Of a DNA stretch of 64,000 nucleotides, positions 13,434-24,843 are shown in pieces (the first letter of the stretch is position 1; every line of letters starts with the position of its first letter). The position numbers and the translations under genes were made by a program. The DNA is from Lobosporangium transversale (lineage: Eukaryota): positions 1 through 64,000 of the forward strand of contig NW_019028993.1 of the NCBI RefSeq assembly GCF_002105155.1, given 5' to 3'. The notes beneath the pieces are model-generated. The model saw only the letters and a list, made by a program, of their open reading frames with translations. It was not told the origin of the DNA and searched no databases.

Positions 13434-15173
13434 TCACTGAGAATCAGTACTACTATCTACTTTTTGTATGTCTTGAAGTAAAGCTTTGTCACTTCCGACC
13501 TCTGTCTCTTCCTCGCTTAATTCCGGAAAAGCTCTGACTCCTGCCAATTCCAATGGATCCATTTTAGATGGTAACAGTGCTGGTGCTATGATATTGGTAT
13601 GGGATTTCAGCTGCATCGAAGTAATCTTGAAAAAGGAACTTGTATACTTCTCGTCTAGCAACATTTCTGTCGCGGCCCACACGCACATGCATAGCCCCAT
13701 GAGAGTCCCCACTGTGATCAAAAGCCATAATGGGATGTCTAGTCCTAGTTCCATATCTAATGTATCGTACAGAACATAGAGTTGACTCTGGTTGTAATCT
13801 GCATAGAAATTCTGGCCAAGTGAAGCCATGTACCCAGTTGCCGCTGCAGTGTCTACGCGTATCTGTGAAATATTAGTTGGTGCTACTGAACCATTTTCGT
13901 CAGCTATAGGAAGCTTTTGGATACGGATTGCACTAGTGGCTTTTTCAGAAAATGTAGTTCTTTTGAATCCCCCGAATGGCCGACCATTTAGTGCTGTTGC
14001 GATATCAGTGTCATTCTTCCGTGGCCTTATGATCTGTGAATTGATATTGGCAAAAATGCAACTTGGGCGTGGCCTGCTCGCACGCATAAAGAATGTACAC
14101 GCGAGAATATCGAAACTGGTTCCAGAAGCCTGGACCTCCATGAGTAAAGGGTATTCTTCATACCCGTACTTCTTGATGGCCGTGCGAATATCAGTGGCCA
14201 TATCTTGAAAAATACTCATTCGATCACTGAACATTGTGGCGGTCGTTGTTTCAAACTCTTCAGCCTCGGCTACTGAAAACCGAACAGTGCCGATGGACAA
14301 GACAATGACGTCCCCTGTGCTTAGTATACATTTGGTCATTTCCGTCAACAGAGAGGTATCTAGTTGGTCCACTTGGTCTGTATAATCTTGGCCGGCATAG
14401 GTTTCGCTAGCTTCACAATCACGCCCTTGAAAGCTATGCATAGCTCCCAAAAGTGACTCTTCTATATTCCATGTCCCAGGGAAGACAATGGTCCACCGAT
14501 GTTGGTCTTCGGACGATTGTGTTACTGTTGCTTTTTCTACTTCAAAGTCCAAGGGGAAATTAAAAAAGTGAATGTGAAGAGCTGAGCAGCCGCCGCTCAT
14601 CAGTGCAAGCTTCGGGTGTTCCCAAGAAGTCCCCGGTAGTCCTAATACTGTCAAATCAAAGAAATCGCAAAGGGAATCATACGGCGTCAAACGTGGCGTG
14701 TAGGTCCGTCCACTAACAGCATTCGGAATATTTCGAGTGCTATTGATCATCGACGCCATAATCTCTACGATGCTCTCGTCATTCCGGGCGACACCTGCCC
14801 ATCCACCAAAGTGATACACTCGGCCTGGGTTGATGGCTTGTCGGGTGACAACCATTGTTGTGTTAGTCTTGCCTGGTCTCGCTGCTGGATTGATAAAATG
14901 TGCGACACCTTTATCCAACAAACTGGCTGCTAAGCTTATTAAGAGTGTCGCCACCATCACCGCCTTGACTCGATTGGGGGTCGCTCCATGAGAGTTGTAT
15001 AGTGACTTGATCATTTCCAAATACCCTCCCTGTCGTGTCCATCGGATGCTGTTGGCATACTTATCGCCCAGTCTCGAATATATAGACAGTACAGACCCTA
15101 CTGTGCCAATCATCAGGAACTGGAATAGGGCCAAGGTGGCATTAACTGCAAAGATTGTCCATGGCAAGAACAT
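13434..15173 (-). CDS. Uncharacterised 3-TM, six-Cys ectodomain family protein, copy 1 (579 aa, intronless)
   Basis: Long ORF; motifs RWTRQGGY, SLGQNFY and GLDIPLWL shared with four paralogs in the window. Confidence 0.85.
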   Translation of the reverse strand: MFLPWTIFAVNATLALFQFLMIGTVGSVLSIYSRLGDKYANSIRWTRQGGYLEMIKSLYNSHGATPNRVKAVMVATLLISLAASLLDKGVAHFINPAARPGKTNTTMVVTRQAINPGRVYHFGGWAGVARNDESIVEIMASMINSTRNIPNAVSGRTYTPRLTPYDSLCDFFDLTVLGLPGTSWEHPKLALMSGGCSALHIHFFNFPLDFEVEKATVTQSSEDQHRWTIVFPGTWNIEESLLGAMHSFQGRDCEASETYAGQDYTDQVDQLDTSLLTEMTKCILSTGDVIVLSIGTVRFSVAEAEEFETTTATMFSDRMSIFQDMATDIRTAIKKYGYEEYPLLMEVQASGTSFDILACTFFMRASRPRPSCIFANINSQIIRPRKNDTDIATALNGRPFGGFKRTTFSEKATSAIRIQKLPIADENGSVAPTNISQIRVDTAAATGYMASLGQNFYADYNQSQLYVLYDTLDMELGLDIPLWLLITVGTLMGLCMCVWAATEMLLDEKYTSSFFKITSMQLKSHTNIIAPALLPSKMDPLELAGVRAFPELSEEETEVGSDKALLQDIQKVDSSTDSQ

Positions 15174-15418
15174 GGTAGAAGAGAGTATCTAATGGAAGGA
15201 GTGTATGAAATGGAAAAGAGGAGGGGGTAGTTGAGTTGAAGAGGGCAAAAAAAAAAAAAAAAAAAAAAGAAAGAAAAGGTTATATAGTCATCAGACCGTG
15301 AATCCTAAAAGAAACCTTGTTTTGATTATTTTGTTTGCCAATGTTTTGTTTATTTGTTTGCAGGAAGTATACATGTGTGCACAAACTACTACGCCCAGTC
15401 GTAATACGCAATGTTATT

Positions 15419-17188
15419 TTAGTCTATATGCCTGTCATGCACGTTCTTATCTCCAAATGGTCCTTCTTCCGCAAATTGTATGGAATCTAGTAAGGCTTTG
15501 CTGCTTTCGCGAGACTCCATTTCAATGTCCTTTTCAGTAGGAAAGATCCCAAACCCTACAAATTCGACAGGTTCTGCCCTGGCTGGCATAAGCGCTGGCG
15601 CCCGAGTGTTGGTTTGAGGCGCGATTTGACGCGAAATGGCACTATAGAGTGAGCATGTATACTGTTGGTCCAGGAAGTACTCTGTTGCAACCCACAAGCA
15701 CAAACATGTCATCATAATCAGGATTATGAGGACCAATAGCCACAATGGGATATCGAGGCCAGGCTCTGGGACTGCAATGTTGTAAACCACATAGAGTTGA
15801 TTTTGATTATAGTCTGTATAAAAGTTTTGACCGAGTGATGCCATGAGCTGGGCAACATTATGTGTTTCCTCCTGCAGTTTCAAGATACTGAATAGAGACC
15901 CAGTGCTGTTTTTTCTTAGAGGAATATGATCAATAGTAAACGCTTTGGTTGAACCAAATGTCCGATATCCTGTATCCCAACGGTAGTCATATACATCGAA
16001 CGGTAGACCGTTGCGGGCTGATATAATGTCCGTGTTATTCTCTGATAACTTGGCCACAAGCATGTCGATGTTGATATATAGGCATCTTGGGCGAGGGGCG
16101 CTTTCAACATACCCAAAAGTGCAGATCAAGGCGTCTATTGAGGTCCCAGATATCTGAGTCTCCATAACTAACGGCCGACTACCTACGCCAAATTGTTTAA
16201 TGATATTCTGAATCCTAGCATCCATGTTCCTAAATGGATTGCTGGTGTTATTAAAAAAGCCATCTACTGCCTTGCCAAACAATTTGATAGACCTTGTTGT
16301 GAATCGTGCTGTGGTGAGTGATATAACCGAAATATCTCCTGAAGGATGTACGCACTTGGTAGTTATTGTTGTAGGTATATGGTCCATGCCGCTCTCGTCT
16401 GGGGTAAGATCGTATGGCAATGCTAGCTCCTCTATGGAACAAGGTACGTTTTGAAATACGATGCGTAGCCTTGGAAACATCCCTGCTATGTTGTGGTCTC
16501 CAGGGAGTACAATGCTCCATTGGTTGGCTGACCTTTGAACAACAGTCGCATTAGCGATAGCCTCCCTAGAGTTCGCTACAAATCCCGATAAGATGAAGTT
16601 TACATCCAGGCATCCACCCTTTGTCAAAACCAGGTTTGGATTTATGCCTGCAGCCTCGAAGAGTACCAAGTTCATCTGCTCACATGCGACGAGGTATGGA
16701 CTCAATTGTGTGGTGTATAAATACCCTGGAATAGCTCCAGGAATATTCCTTGTATTGTTGATCATTGATGCCATTGCATCAGAGACACTTTCGCCATATC
16801 GAACTGTACCTGACCACCCTAAGAACGATTGTTCCAAGCCTTGGACCCGATATTGTTCGGTAATGATGACAGTACTGTTTGGTTTGCTAAATCTTGACAT
16901 TGGTACGATATAATGTGCGGCTCCTTTGTCGAGTAGAGCGGCTCCTAAGCTTACTATAATTGTCGACACCATGATCAACTTGACTCGAGTTGGAGCGTTG
17001 CGACGAGAGTTATAGAGTGTCTTGACCATCTCATAATAGCCTCCTTGTCGTGACCATCGAACGCTCTGAGAGTACTCATCACCATAACGTGCATAGATCG
17101 ATAGTAGTGCACTTACAGCACATATCATTAGAAACTGAAATATGGCAAGGATGATGTTGACGATGAAGATTGTCCATGGGAAAAACAT
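15419..17188 (-). CDS. Uncharacterised 3-TM, six-Cys ectodomain family protein, copy 2 (intronless; starts MFFPWT)
   Basis: ATG at 17188 aligns with the paralog N-termini; motifs RWSRQGGY, SLGQNFY and GLDIPLWL. Confidence 0.85.
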   Translation of the reverse strand: MFFPWTIFIVNIILAIFQFLMICAVSALLSIYARYGDEYSQSVRWSRQGGYYEMVKTLYNSRRNAPTRVKLIMVSTIIVSLGAALLDKGAAHYIVPMSRFSKPNSTVIITEQYRVQGLEQSFLGWSGTVRYGESVSDAMASMINNTRNIPGAIPGYLYTTQLSPYLVACEQMNLVLFEAAGINPNLVLTKGGCLDVNFILSGFVANSREAIANATVVQRSANQWSIVLPGDHNIAGMFPRLRIVFQNVPCSIEELALPYDLTPDESGMDHIPTTITTKCVHPSGDISVISLTTARFTTRSIKLFGKAVDGFFNNTSNPFRNMDARIQNIIKQFGVGSRPLVMETQISGTSIDALICTFGYVESAPRPRCLYINIDMLVAKLSENNTDIISARNGLPFDVYDYRWDTGYRTFGSTKAFTIDHIPLRKNSTGSLFSILKLQEETHNVAQLMASLGQNFYTDYNQNQLYVVYNIAVPEPGLDIPLWLLVLIILIMMTCLCLWVATEYFLDQQYTCSLYSAISRQIAPQTNTRAPALMPARAEPVEFVGFGIFPTEKDIEMESRESSKALLDSIQFAEEGPFGDKNVHDRHID

Positions 17189-17347
17189 GGTGGTCAAATT
17201 TATGTGGATGAGAAAAGAAGAGCTTGAGGTTATCGGAAAAGAAGGATGGAGAGAAAGAGATCCGTTGTTTTTGCTTATACTACAGAAAAAAAAAAAAAAA
17301 AAAAAAAAAAGGCACCATCTATGTACTTGAGTTACACAGGAAATGTA

Positions 17348-17671
17348 CACCAAAATTTTGTTTATGTGGACGATTTACTAAGGAAAACGTCCATATATTT
17401 TTAAGGTTCCAATGAATTGGGAAGTATTCTTAACTTTACAAAATATATAGGCACATGTGACATTGCATTTATGGGTTCCCATAAATGCACTTGGATCCAA
17501 CCTTTTGTCCAACCTTTCGTCCGGGAATGTGCATTTATGGGAACCCTTAAATGCAATGTCACATGTACCTATATATTTTGTAAAGTTAAGAATACTTCCC
17601 AATTCATTGGAACCTTAAAAATATATGAACGTTTTCCTTAGTAAATCGTCCACATAAACAAAATTTTGGTG
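17348..17671. mobile_element. 324-bp foldback MITE with ~143-bp TIRs and TA flanks (Tc1/mariner-like)
   Basis: Arm 17348-17490 is the reverse complement of 17529-17671 with 3 mismatches; 38-nt spacer; TA at 17346-47 and 17672-73. Confidence 0.85.
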
Positions 17672-17914
17672 TACTCCGCCCCCTTCCTTTGCTCCCTTGC
17701 TTTGTGCATTTTAAACTTGAGCCCTTTGAGCAGGTGATAGGAATTAGCCACGTGACGTCAAGCCACTGTCAAAGTCAAAACATCTTCGTCGAGGTTGGTG
17801 CATGTTCGGAAATATGTAAAAGCATTCAATAAGGGCCCTCAACTTCCCATCAGCTCCGCTCTTGCAAGACCGTACTTACAATACACACATAACCTCTTTC
17901 AAATCACATTTATA

Positions 17915-18855
17915 ATGGCTGGTGGTCGTTACCCTTATCCTAAGCACGTCTGGTACGTCTCACCTCCCATCATCGGGTCTTCATCAAACCTTGGTCGATG
18001 TTCGGACTAATTGGACTACGAAATAATAAATGTCAATGACACACTTTTTAATGCTTACCATTCATACTCCTTCTTTATCCTCTTGACTTTTAATACTTTT
18101 TTGCTCTCTTTTATTATTATCGTTATTATTTTCTCTTCCTCTACTTAGGTCACCTTCTGGTGGTTGGTGGACTCAGCCCGCTAACTGGAAGTCGAACACC
18201 GTTGTTGCTGTCGGTATCGCTGGCACCATTGTCGCTGCTGCCTGGAAGTACTCTGCTGAAAACGAGGTAATAAAATAAGTACAAGAGCAGAGACAGGAGC
18301 AGGAATAATAGCAAGAACAAGAGGCAGGGGCAGGGACAGGGACAGGAACAAGGGATAGGAGCAAGGGAACCCTTTTTCCTTTTTCTATCCTCAAACATTC
18401 ATATTTTTTAAACTCGATCCAGGATACGCCAACGTTGTATCGATGCGCAGAAACAACAATGACGCTCAGAAAAATTAAAACCATACGCATACGCATACAA
18501 AGATGAACATGGACAGTTCTACAACGCCAAAGACGTTAAAAAAAAAAAAAAGAAAGAAAGAAAGAAAGAAAATTGCTCATGATCTATTTTGTTTTTATAT
18601 ACAAATGCATCTCTTTTGTATAAATCACCTAATCTAGGAGCGTCATTCTCGCCCAACTGGATGGATTCCTTCTCAATTGGTGAGTTTTTTATTATCAATT
18701 TCCTTTTTTCTTTTCTGTTGATCCTGCTTGACACTGTAATTGTATTATATATTACGATTTTAGTTATACTCACTTTTTTTTTTTTTTTTTTGTTTGAATA
18801 AAAAATCTAGTGGGCTAAGGAGTTCAAAGATGGCGAGGTCTACGGAAAGAAGTGA
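17915..18855 (+). CDS. Mitochondrial complex I small accessory subunit, NUUM-like; exons 17915-17952, 18149-18266, 18638-18679, 18811-18855
   Basis: Spliced product MAGGRYPYPKHVWSPSGGWWTQPANWKSNT...ERHSRPTGWIPSQLWAKEFKDGEVYGKK, recognised from the conserved YPxPKxVWSPxGGW motif. Confidence 0.7.
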
Positions 18856-18938
18856 AGGAAACACCCGGAGATTTGGCACTATAAGCGAATGGAGGACAAT
18901 TTGACGCACGAGCAGTAATAGCTGTATAGACACAAACG

Positions 18939-18984
<46 letters not shown>

Positions 18985-19233
18985 ATAATAATAATCGGCA
19001 ATTATATTTATCAAGTCGCCATTATTCATCTTGTTAGATTCTTATACCACTTGCTTGAATGATAATATCGTTTTTTTTTTTTTTTTTTTTTTTTTTTGTC
19101 GCTGTTTTCATTTATAAAGCTTTTAATACAGAGCAGCCAGATACATAGTTTAGTAACATTTTTTTTCATTGTTTTCTTTCTTTTTTTTTTTTTTTTTTGA
19201 TTAATCACTACATCGGCTATTTCTTCTAATCGC

Positions 19234-20544
19234 TTATCCTTGCCAGTGAACTAGTTATTTCGCGTTCGAAAGAAAAAATTAAGAGTTATGATTTAATTAA
19301 TTATCGCGAGCAAGCCTGCCATAAAATGAATACTCCAAAATAAAACAATAAAGCTTACCAGGGAGCTTATCACCAGGAATAAAGAGACGTTCAACACCCT
19401 TCTCTGTGATGACAGCCAGACGGATAACACCTCCAGAAGAACCATCACGTTCCATAGCCAGTGCCAATGCTATCAAAGAAAAAAAAAAAAAAATTAGATA
19501 TATCGATGAGATATCACAAACAAACAAAAAAAAAAAAAAAAAATCATAAAAAGAACCAATGAAGATAAGAAAAAACAAAAACAAAAAACACTCGTCAACT
19601 TACAATTCTTAACAAAATCAATGCATTGTTCTCTGTTCATGCCATCCTTGAAATTGGCATCACAATAACCATAAATGTAGGTCGAACCGCTTCCTCCGAT
19701 CGCGAAGGGTTGACGATGGAGCGATCCACCCAAAGGAATATTCCAGACACTGCCACCGTTTTCCTTATCCCAACCACCGACAATGATACCAGCGCTCAAG
19801 CTGTCCTTGTTCTGATAACACAACTCCTGGAACAATGATGCTGCCAAGGGCACTGTTGGAGTTCCATTCTGAACACTACGCATTCATCATTAAAAATCGG
19901 TCGTGAAAGAGGTGAAATAGATAAAAGATATAAAAAAAAATTTTAGATGATGGCCTCACGTAGAATTGTAAGTCATGAAAAATAAAATTAAATAAGAAGC
20001 CATTGTCCTTGAATCGCGTCTTTTTCTTTTCGGTTTTCAACCGACATGTAGTTGCGCGTGAACGAAAAAGAGTTTCGAACTCTTTTTTTCTTTTTCTTTT
20101 TCTTTTTTTTTTTCTTTTTTTTTCTTTTTTTTTACGTACGAATACATCTGAAGATAATAGTGAACAATGTCAGCAACAGCTTGAGTATCAGCAGCGCTTC
20201 CTGATCGGCAACAGTAGATCGTGTCATGGACCTCAGTCAACTTGTCTGTGACACGGTTGGCAATGTATGATCCTGTGGTCGTGCGAGAATCGGCTCCGAT
20301 AACAACGCCTCCCGCGAACTGGACTGCCATAATTGATGTCTAAATAGTAGCGAGAATATACCGTAGAAGGTTGTTGTTTTCACATCCATCATAGGATCCG
20401 ATAGCACTAAGGAGTTAGTCTCTTTAATTTTCTTTATTTTCGTTTTCTTCGGAAAGTAAAAGAAAAAAGAAAAGAAAAGAAAAGAAAAAAGGTCAAAGGT
20501 TCACTTACACCGAGATTGACCTCGCCTGGCTTAAGTCCTGCCAT
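19234..20544 (-). CDS. PRE3: 20S proteasome subunit beta1 (multi-exon)
   Basis: [71 protein letters not shown]. Confidence 0.95.
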
Positions 20545-20941
20545 GATATATGTATTATGAAAGTAGGGGTGGTATTTAGGGAGAGAGTGAGAGAAACGGG
20601 AATTTGAACAAGGCTGGATGTGTGGCGCTTGAGAAAAGGTTGAGAAATGTTTACAGAGGCAGAATGAATGAATGAATGAATGGTTTTAACAATGCCTGTA
20701 ACTCACTGACTTACGTGCGACAGAAGAGACGCGTGTGTGCCTCGCCTCTGGGACTGGCGTGATTTTGTTGTAAATGCGATTACCCCAATACCAATACGTA
20801 TTTTTAATTTTCTTTCTTTTTTTTTTTTCCCTTTTGCAGTGTTGCACACATTTCCATTGAATAAAAATAACATTTTCTAATTCAGTCATTTCCATTCATT
20901 CACCTTGTTCATTCCTATCACTCTCCTCAAACTTCATAATT

Positions 20942-23255
20942 ATGTCTTCACTATCAGGGTAAACACATACAGCTATATTTTCACTACATCATTTTTTTTT
21001 TGCTTACCCTACTAATTCATCATCAAAAAAGTCACAGCACTTGATTACCCTGTTACTCACTCTTTGTGACCTTCCGAATGCTCATCACTTAATAGACTAT
21101 TACCCGCACCAGTGCATCAGCATCCAGGACAGGATTATGGTCAACAACAACAACACATCGACAATGTCACAGCGCTCGTAGCCAGGATACCACCATATGG
21201 GAAGCGTGCAGGATGGAAACCCAAAAAGCCAGAAGATTTTGGTGATGGAGGTGCCTTCCCAGAGATCCACTGTGCACAATATCCGCTTGACATGGGGCGA
21301 AAGAAGAAGGTAAAGCAAATAAAAAAAATTACCCCAATAAGAAGAAAGGCAGGAAAGGAAAAAAAAAAAAAAAAAAAAAAAAAGAGCTAAAGAAACCTGT
21401 AAAATACAACTGGTTTCATGGAAAGAGCTAATCGATTTGACGCTTGTCTTGTCACTTACAGATATATTCTTGTAACTTTTACTTTACTCATAATACATGT
21501 AATATTAGACTGCAACAAAAGCAGGCTCAACGATCGCATTGCAGGTTGACGCTCAAGGAAATGTTGCCTATGATGCTATTGCTAAACGTGGACACAACTC
21601 AAAGCAGATTGTACAGTCTCAATTCAAAGATCTTGTCCCTCTGCATGAACGTGCGGACGTTGGTGAGATCTCATTAAGCAGACCTAGCGAAGAAGAAGTC
21701 AAAGAGACAGCAGATCGCACCAGAGCAGCATTAGAGAAGATCTCCAAAAGTATGTCTCTTTAGTTATTATTATTATTATTATTATTTTATTTTTCTACTT
21801 TAAACGTCCCATATTCTGATCTTTATTATTTTATTATTCTTATAGCTAAAATTGCTGCTGCACAACCAAAGAACGTCGTCTCAAACAACAAACCGGGAGC
21901 GCCCACCTATATCCGTTATACAGCAGCTAATCAGAATGCGGGACCGGATGGCGTCAAACAGCGAGTAATCAAAATGGTGGAGATGCCTGTAGACCCTATG
22001 GAACCACCTAAACATAAGCACAAGAAGGTTCCTCGTGGACCACCCTCCCCCCCACCTCCAGTCTTGCATTCACCACCCCGTAAAGTCACCGCACAAGAAC
22101 AGGCAAGTTGGGTAATCCCACCTTGTATTTCCAACTGGAAGAACGCAAAAGGTTTCACCATTCCTTTGGACAAGCGTCTTGCAGCGGATGGTCGTGGATT
22201 ACAGGATGTTCAGATCAATGACAAGTTTGCTAAAGTTGCAGAAGCACTGGGATTAGCCGCTCGGCATGCTCAGGACGAAGTTCGACAGAGAGCTTTGATG
22301 CAGCAGAAGGTTGCAGAGAAGGAGAAAGAGGCTAAAGAGCAGAGCCTGCGTGCATTGGCTCAGCGGGCTCGCGACGAAAGAGCTGGCATTGCCCCTTCAT
22401 CTCGAACCGCAGATGAGGGCGCGCAGGCTCCTCGTGATGATTCTGAGTCAGAGGCGGATTCTGATGAAGATGAGGCGAAGCAAAGAGCAGCCCGCGAGCG
22501 TGATGCTCTTCGTAAGGAGAGGCAGCAGGAGCGCGAAAAGGAGCTACGCATGTCTCGTATGGGTGCAGAGCAGAAGGCGAAGGTTATGGCCAGGTAATAC
22601 TTTGGATCTACATGCGCTTGGAAACGTCAACTTTGATCTCGATCAGGCGTAGTCATGTTGCTAATTCTTTTTTTTTATTTTATTTTTATTATTATTTCTT
22701 TATTTTTTTTTATTTTTTTTATTTTTTTATATATTTATTTTTTCTTCTTGCCACTGTTGCTGTTACTGTTGTTGTTTTTTTTTTTATAGATCCGAGGGCC
22801 GAGATATCTCTGAAAAGATTGCATTGGGATTGGCCAAACCCACACAGAGCAAGGACAGTATGTACGACTCACGACTCTTCAATCAAACATCGGGGCTGGG
22901 CTCTGGATTCAAGGATGACGAGTCATACAGCGTGTACGACAAGCCCATGTTTACACACACAGGATCTAGTGTCTACAGACCTAAGCGTTCAGGAGGTGAT
23001 GGCAATGACGAAGTTGGCAATGAAGATGATATTGCACGCGCATTGGCATCGGACCGATTTGGAAGCGCTGGTATCAGTGCACGAAGCTTCAAGGGTACAG
23101 AAGGTGGTCGTAATATGCAAAGGGAAGGTCCTGTGGCCTTTGAGAAGGAGGACGACTTCTTTGGACTTGATAAATTCAATAAGGCGGATTCCTCGAAGAA
23201 GAGATCTGGCCAAGATAACTCCTCAGCTCAGGATGGAAAGAGAAGAAGGGATTAA
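20942..23255 (+). CDS. PRP45: Pre-mRNA splicing factor SKIP/SNW1 (multi-exon)
   Basis: DFGDGGAFPEIH, DPMEPPK, PPCISNWKNAKGFTIPLDKRLAADGRGLQD (SNW motif), YDSRLFNQ. Confidence 0.95.
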
Positions 23256-23565
23256 TGACAGAGGAATCCTATGTCTCCAATATCACACCCTGCTCCATCC
23301 TCTTGAGAAACGTTCCTCGCCAATTTCTTTTTTTTTTTTTCCTTTTTTTCTTTTGATCAGATTTCTTTAATATCTCGGCTGTTCTTTTTGTAAAATAAAA
23401 ATTGACTTCAAAAGATCCTTGACAGTATTCAGTATTCACATACGAGTGGTTAAAGAATTTGTATGACATTATTATTTAAAAGTCACTAGGGGATTGAATC
23501 AACACTTTGGGTGAGCATGACCTATTTTATGGTCGCCCTTCTTCTTTTGTCTTCTTTTATCTTTC

Positions 23566-24843
23566 TCACGCAGAGCGAGACTTGCTGGTATTACCAACGT
23601 GAGTCAACCCAAGGTCTTCAAACTTGATATGGAGCATTGGAATGAGCTGTTGAGCCACTGTGAACGAGAAGACGAGTTTAGGTCCAACAACCAGGATTTT
23701 GGGTAAGAGACCCTTGAAGAAGGCACCGAACCCTTCATTTCGCACCATATTCCGAATGATACTCATACCCCCCTCAGGGCTGTCAAAGTTTCTGTTTTGG
23801 ATCCTGGTCTTGACCACATCCAGGGGTGCAGCAACGGTAATGGAGGCTACGGAACCACCAATGGAAGCACAAAAGTTTTGAAAGAATGTTGCCTTGTTGT
23901 AATCATCCAATCTGAAAATATATTCTTTCACAAAGGCGCTGCCGCCAAAAAGTGCAAAAGACCCAGGTGCATTGCGAGCTGCTGTCCAGGTTGCCCCTCT
24001 AGTAAAGGAAGACACGAGGGTAGAACATGAAGGAAGGGGATGAGAAAGTGTTTTTTTTTTTTTTTTTTTTTTTTTGCAGGCTTTGAGCATGTGAATTTTT
24101 TTTTTTTTTTTTTTAATCCTTGTTACCTGTAAAGGCCCATGCCTTCATCTGCAACAATCTTAAAGACCCCACGCCCACGAAAGGCGTCTGGGTTGGTCTG
24201 TCGTTTGATTTTGAGGACATCCAAAGGCAACAAAGCAATTTCACCAATCCCAACCAAGGAACCTGCGGTCGCATGCATCATTGTCTTGCCAGTTTTTTCT
24301 CCAAAGACTCGATGGAACCAAGATTTGTAGTGACTATTTAAATATTCGTTCACAAATGGTTGTCCTCCATACTTGTACACTCTCTGTGAGATCTTGTATC
24401 CTGCTGCAAACCCTAGCCCCGGAAATAAAGAGGTATATTTCTGGAGGAATGCAGCATCCGCAGCTTCCTTGAAGATCACCTTGTTGGTTGCTTTCCATAC
24501 GGTGCTCAACGGTTGACCTGAACTTAACAGCTGTTACAAAATATATAGAAATTATACATGTAAAAACAAACCCATAACAAATGAGCCCACTCTTTAACTT
24601 AGTTTTTCACTAGTCTTGTAAGCACCATTTTATATCCATATGCATATGTATATACAGATCTTATGGTTGCATTTTATTATTATTATTATTTTTTACCCGA
24701 GTTTGGTTACTCATGAGTCGCTTGGCAATGGTATCAATGGGATGGAAAATCACCAGCTCGAGGATCCCAGAGGCTGCAGAACCGCATAGACGAGCAGCTG
24801 CAGACTCGGAGTGCTTGGTCTTTGAATGAACAGGAGGTGACAT
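23566..24843 (-). CDS. GGC1: Mitochondrial GTP/GDP carrier (multi-exon)
   Basis: ELVIFHPIDTIAKRLMSNQ, SLFPGLGFAAGYKISQRVYKYGGQP, LLPLDVLKIKRQTNP, WTAARNAPGSFALFGG. Confidence 0.92.

Noticed and set aside
17378..17641. Two near-identical antiparallel 74-aa ORFs
   Set aside because: Artefact of the palindromic MITE.
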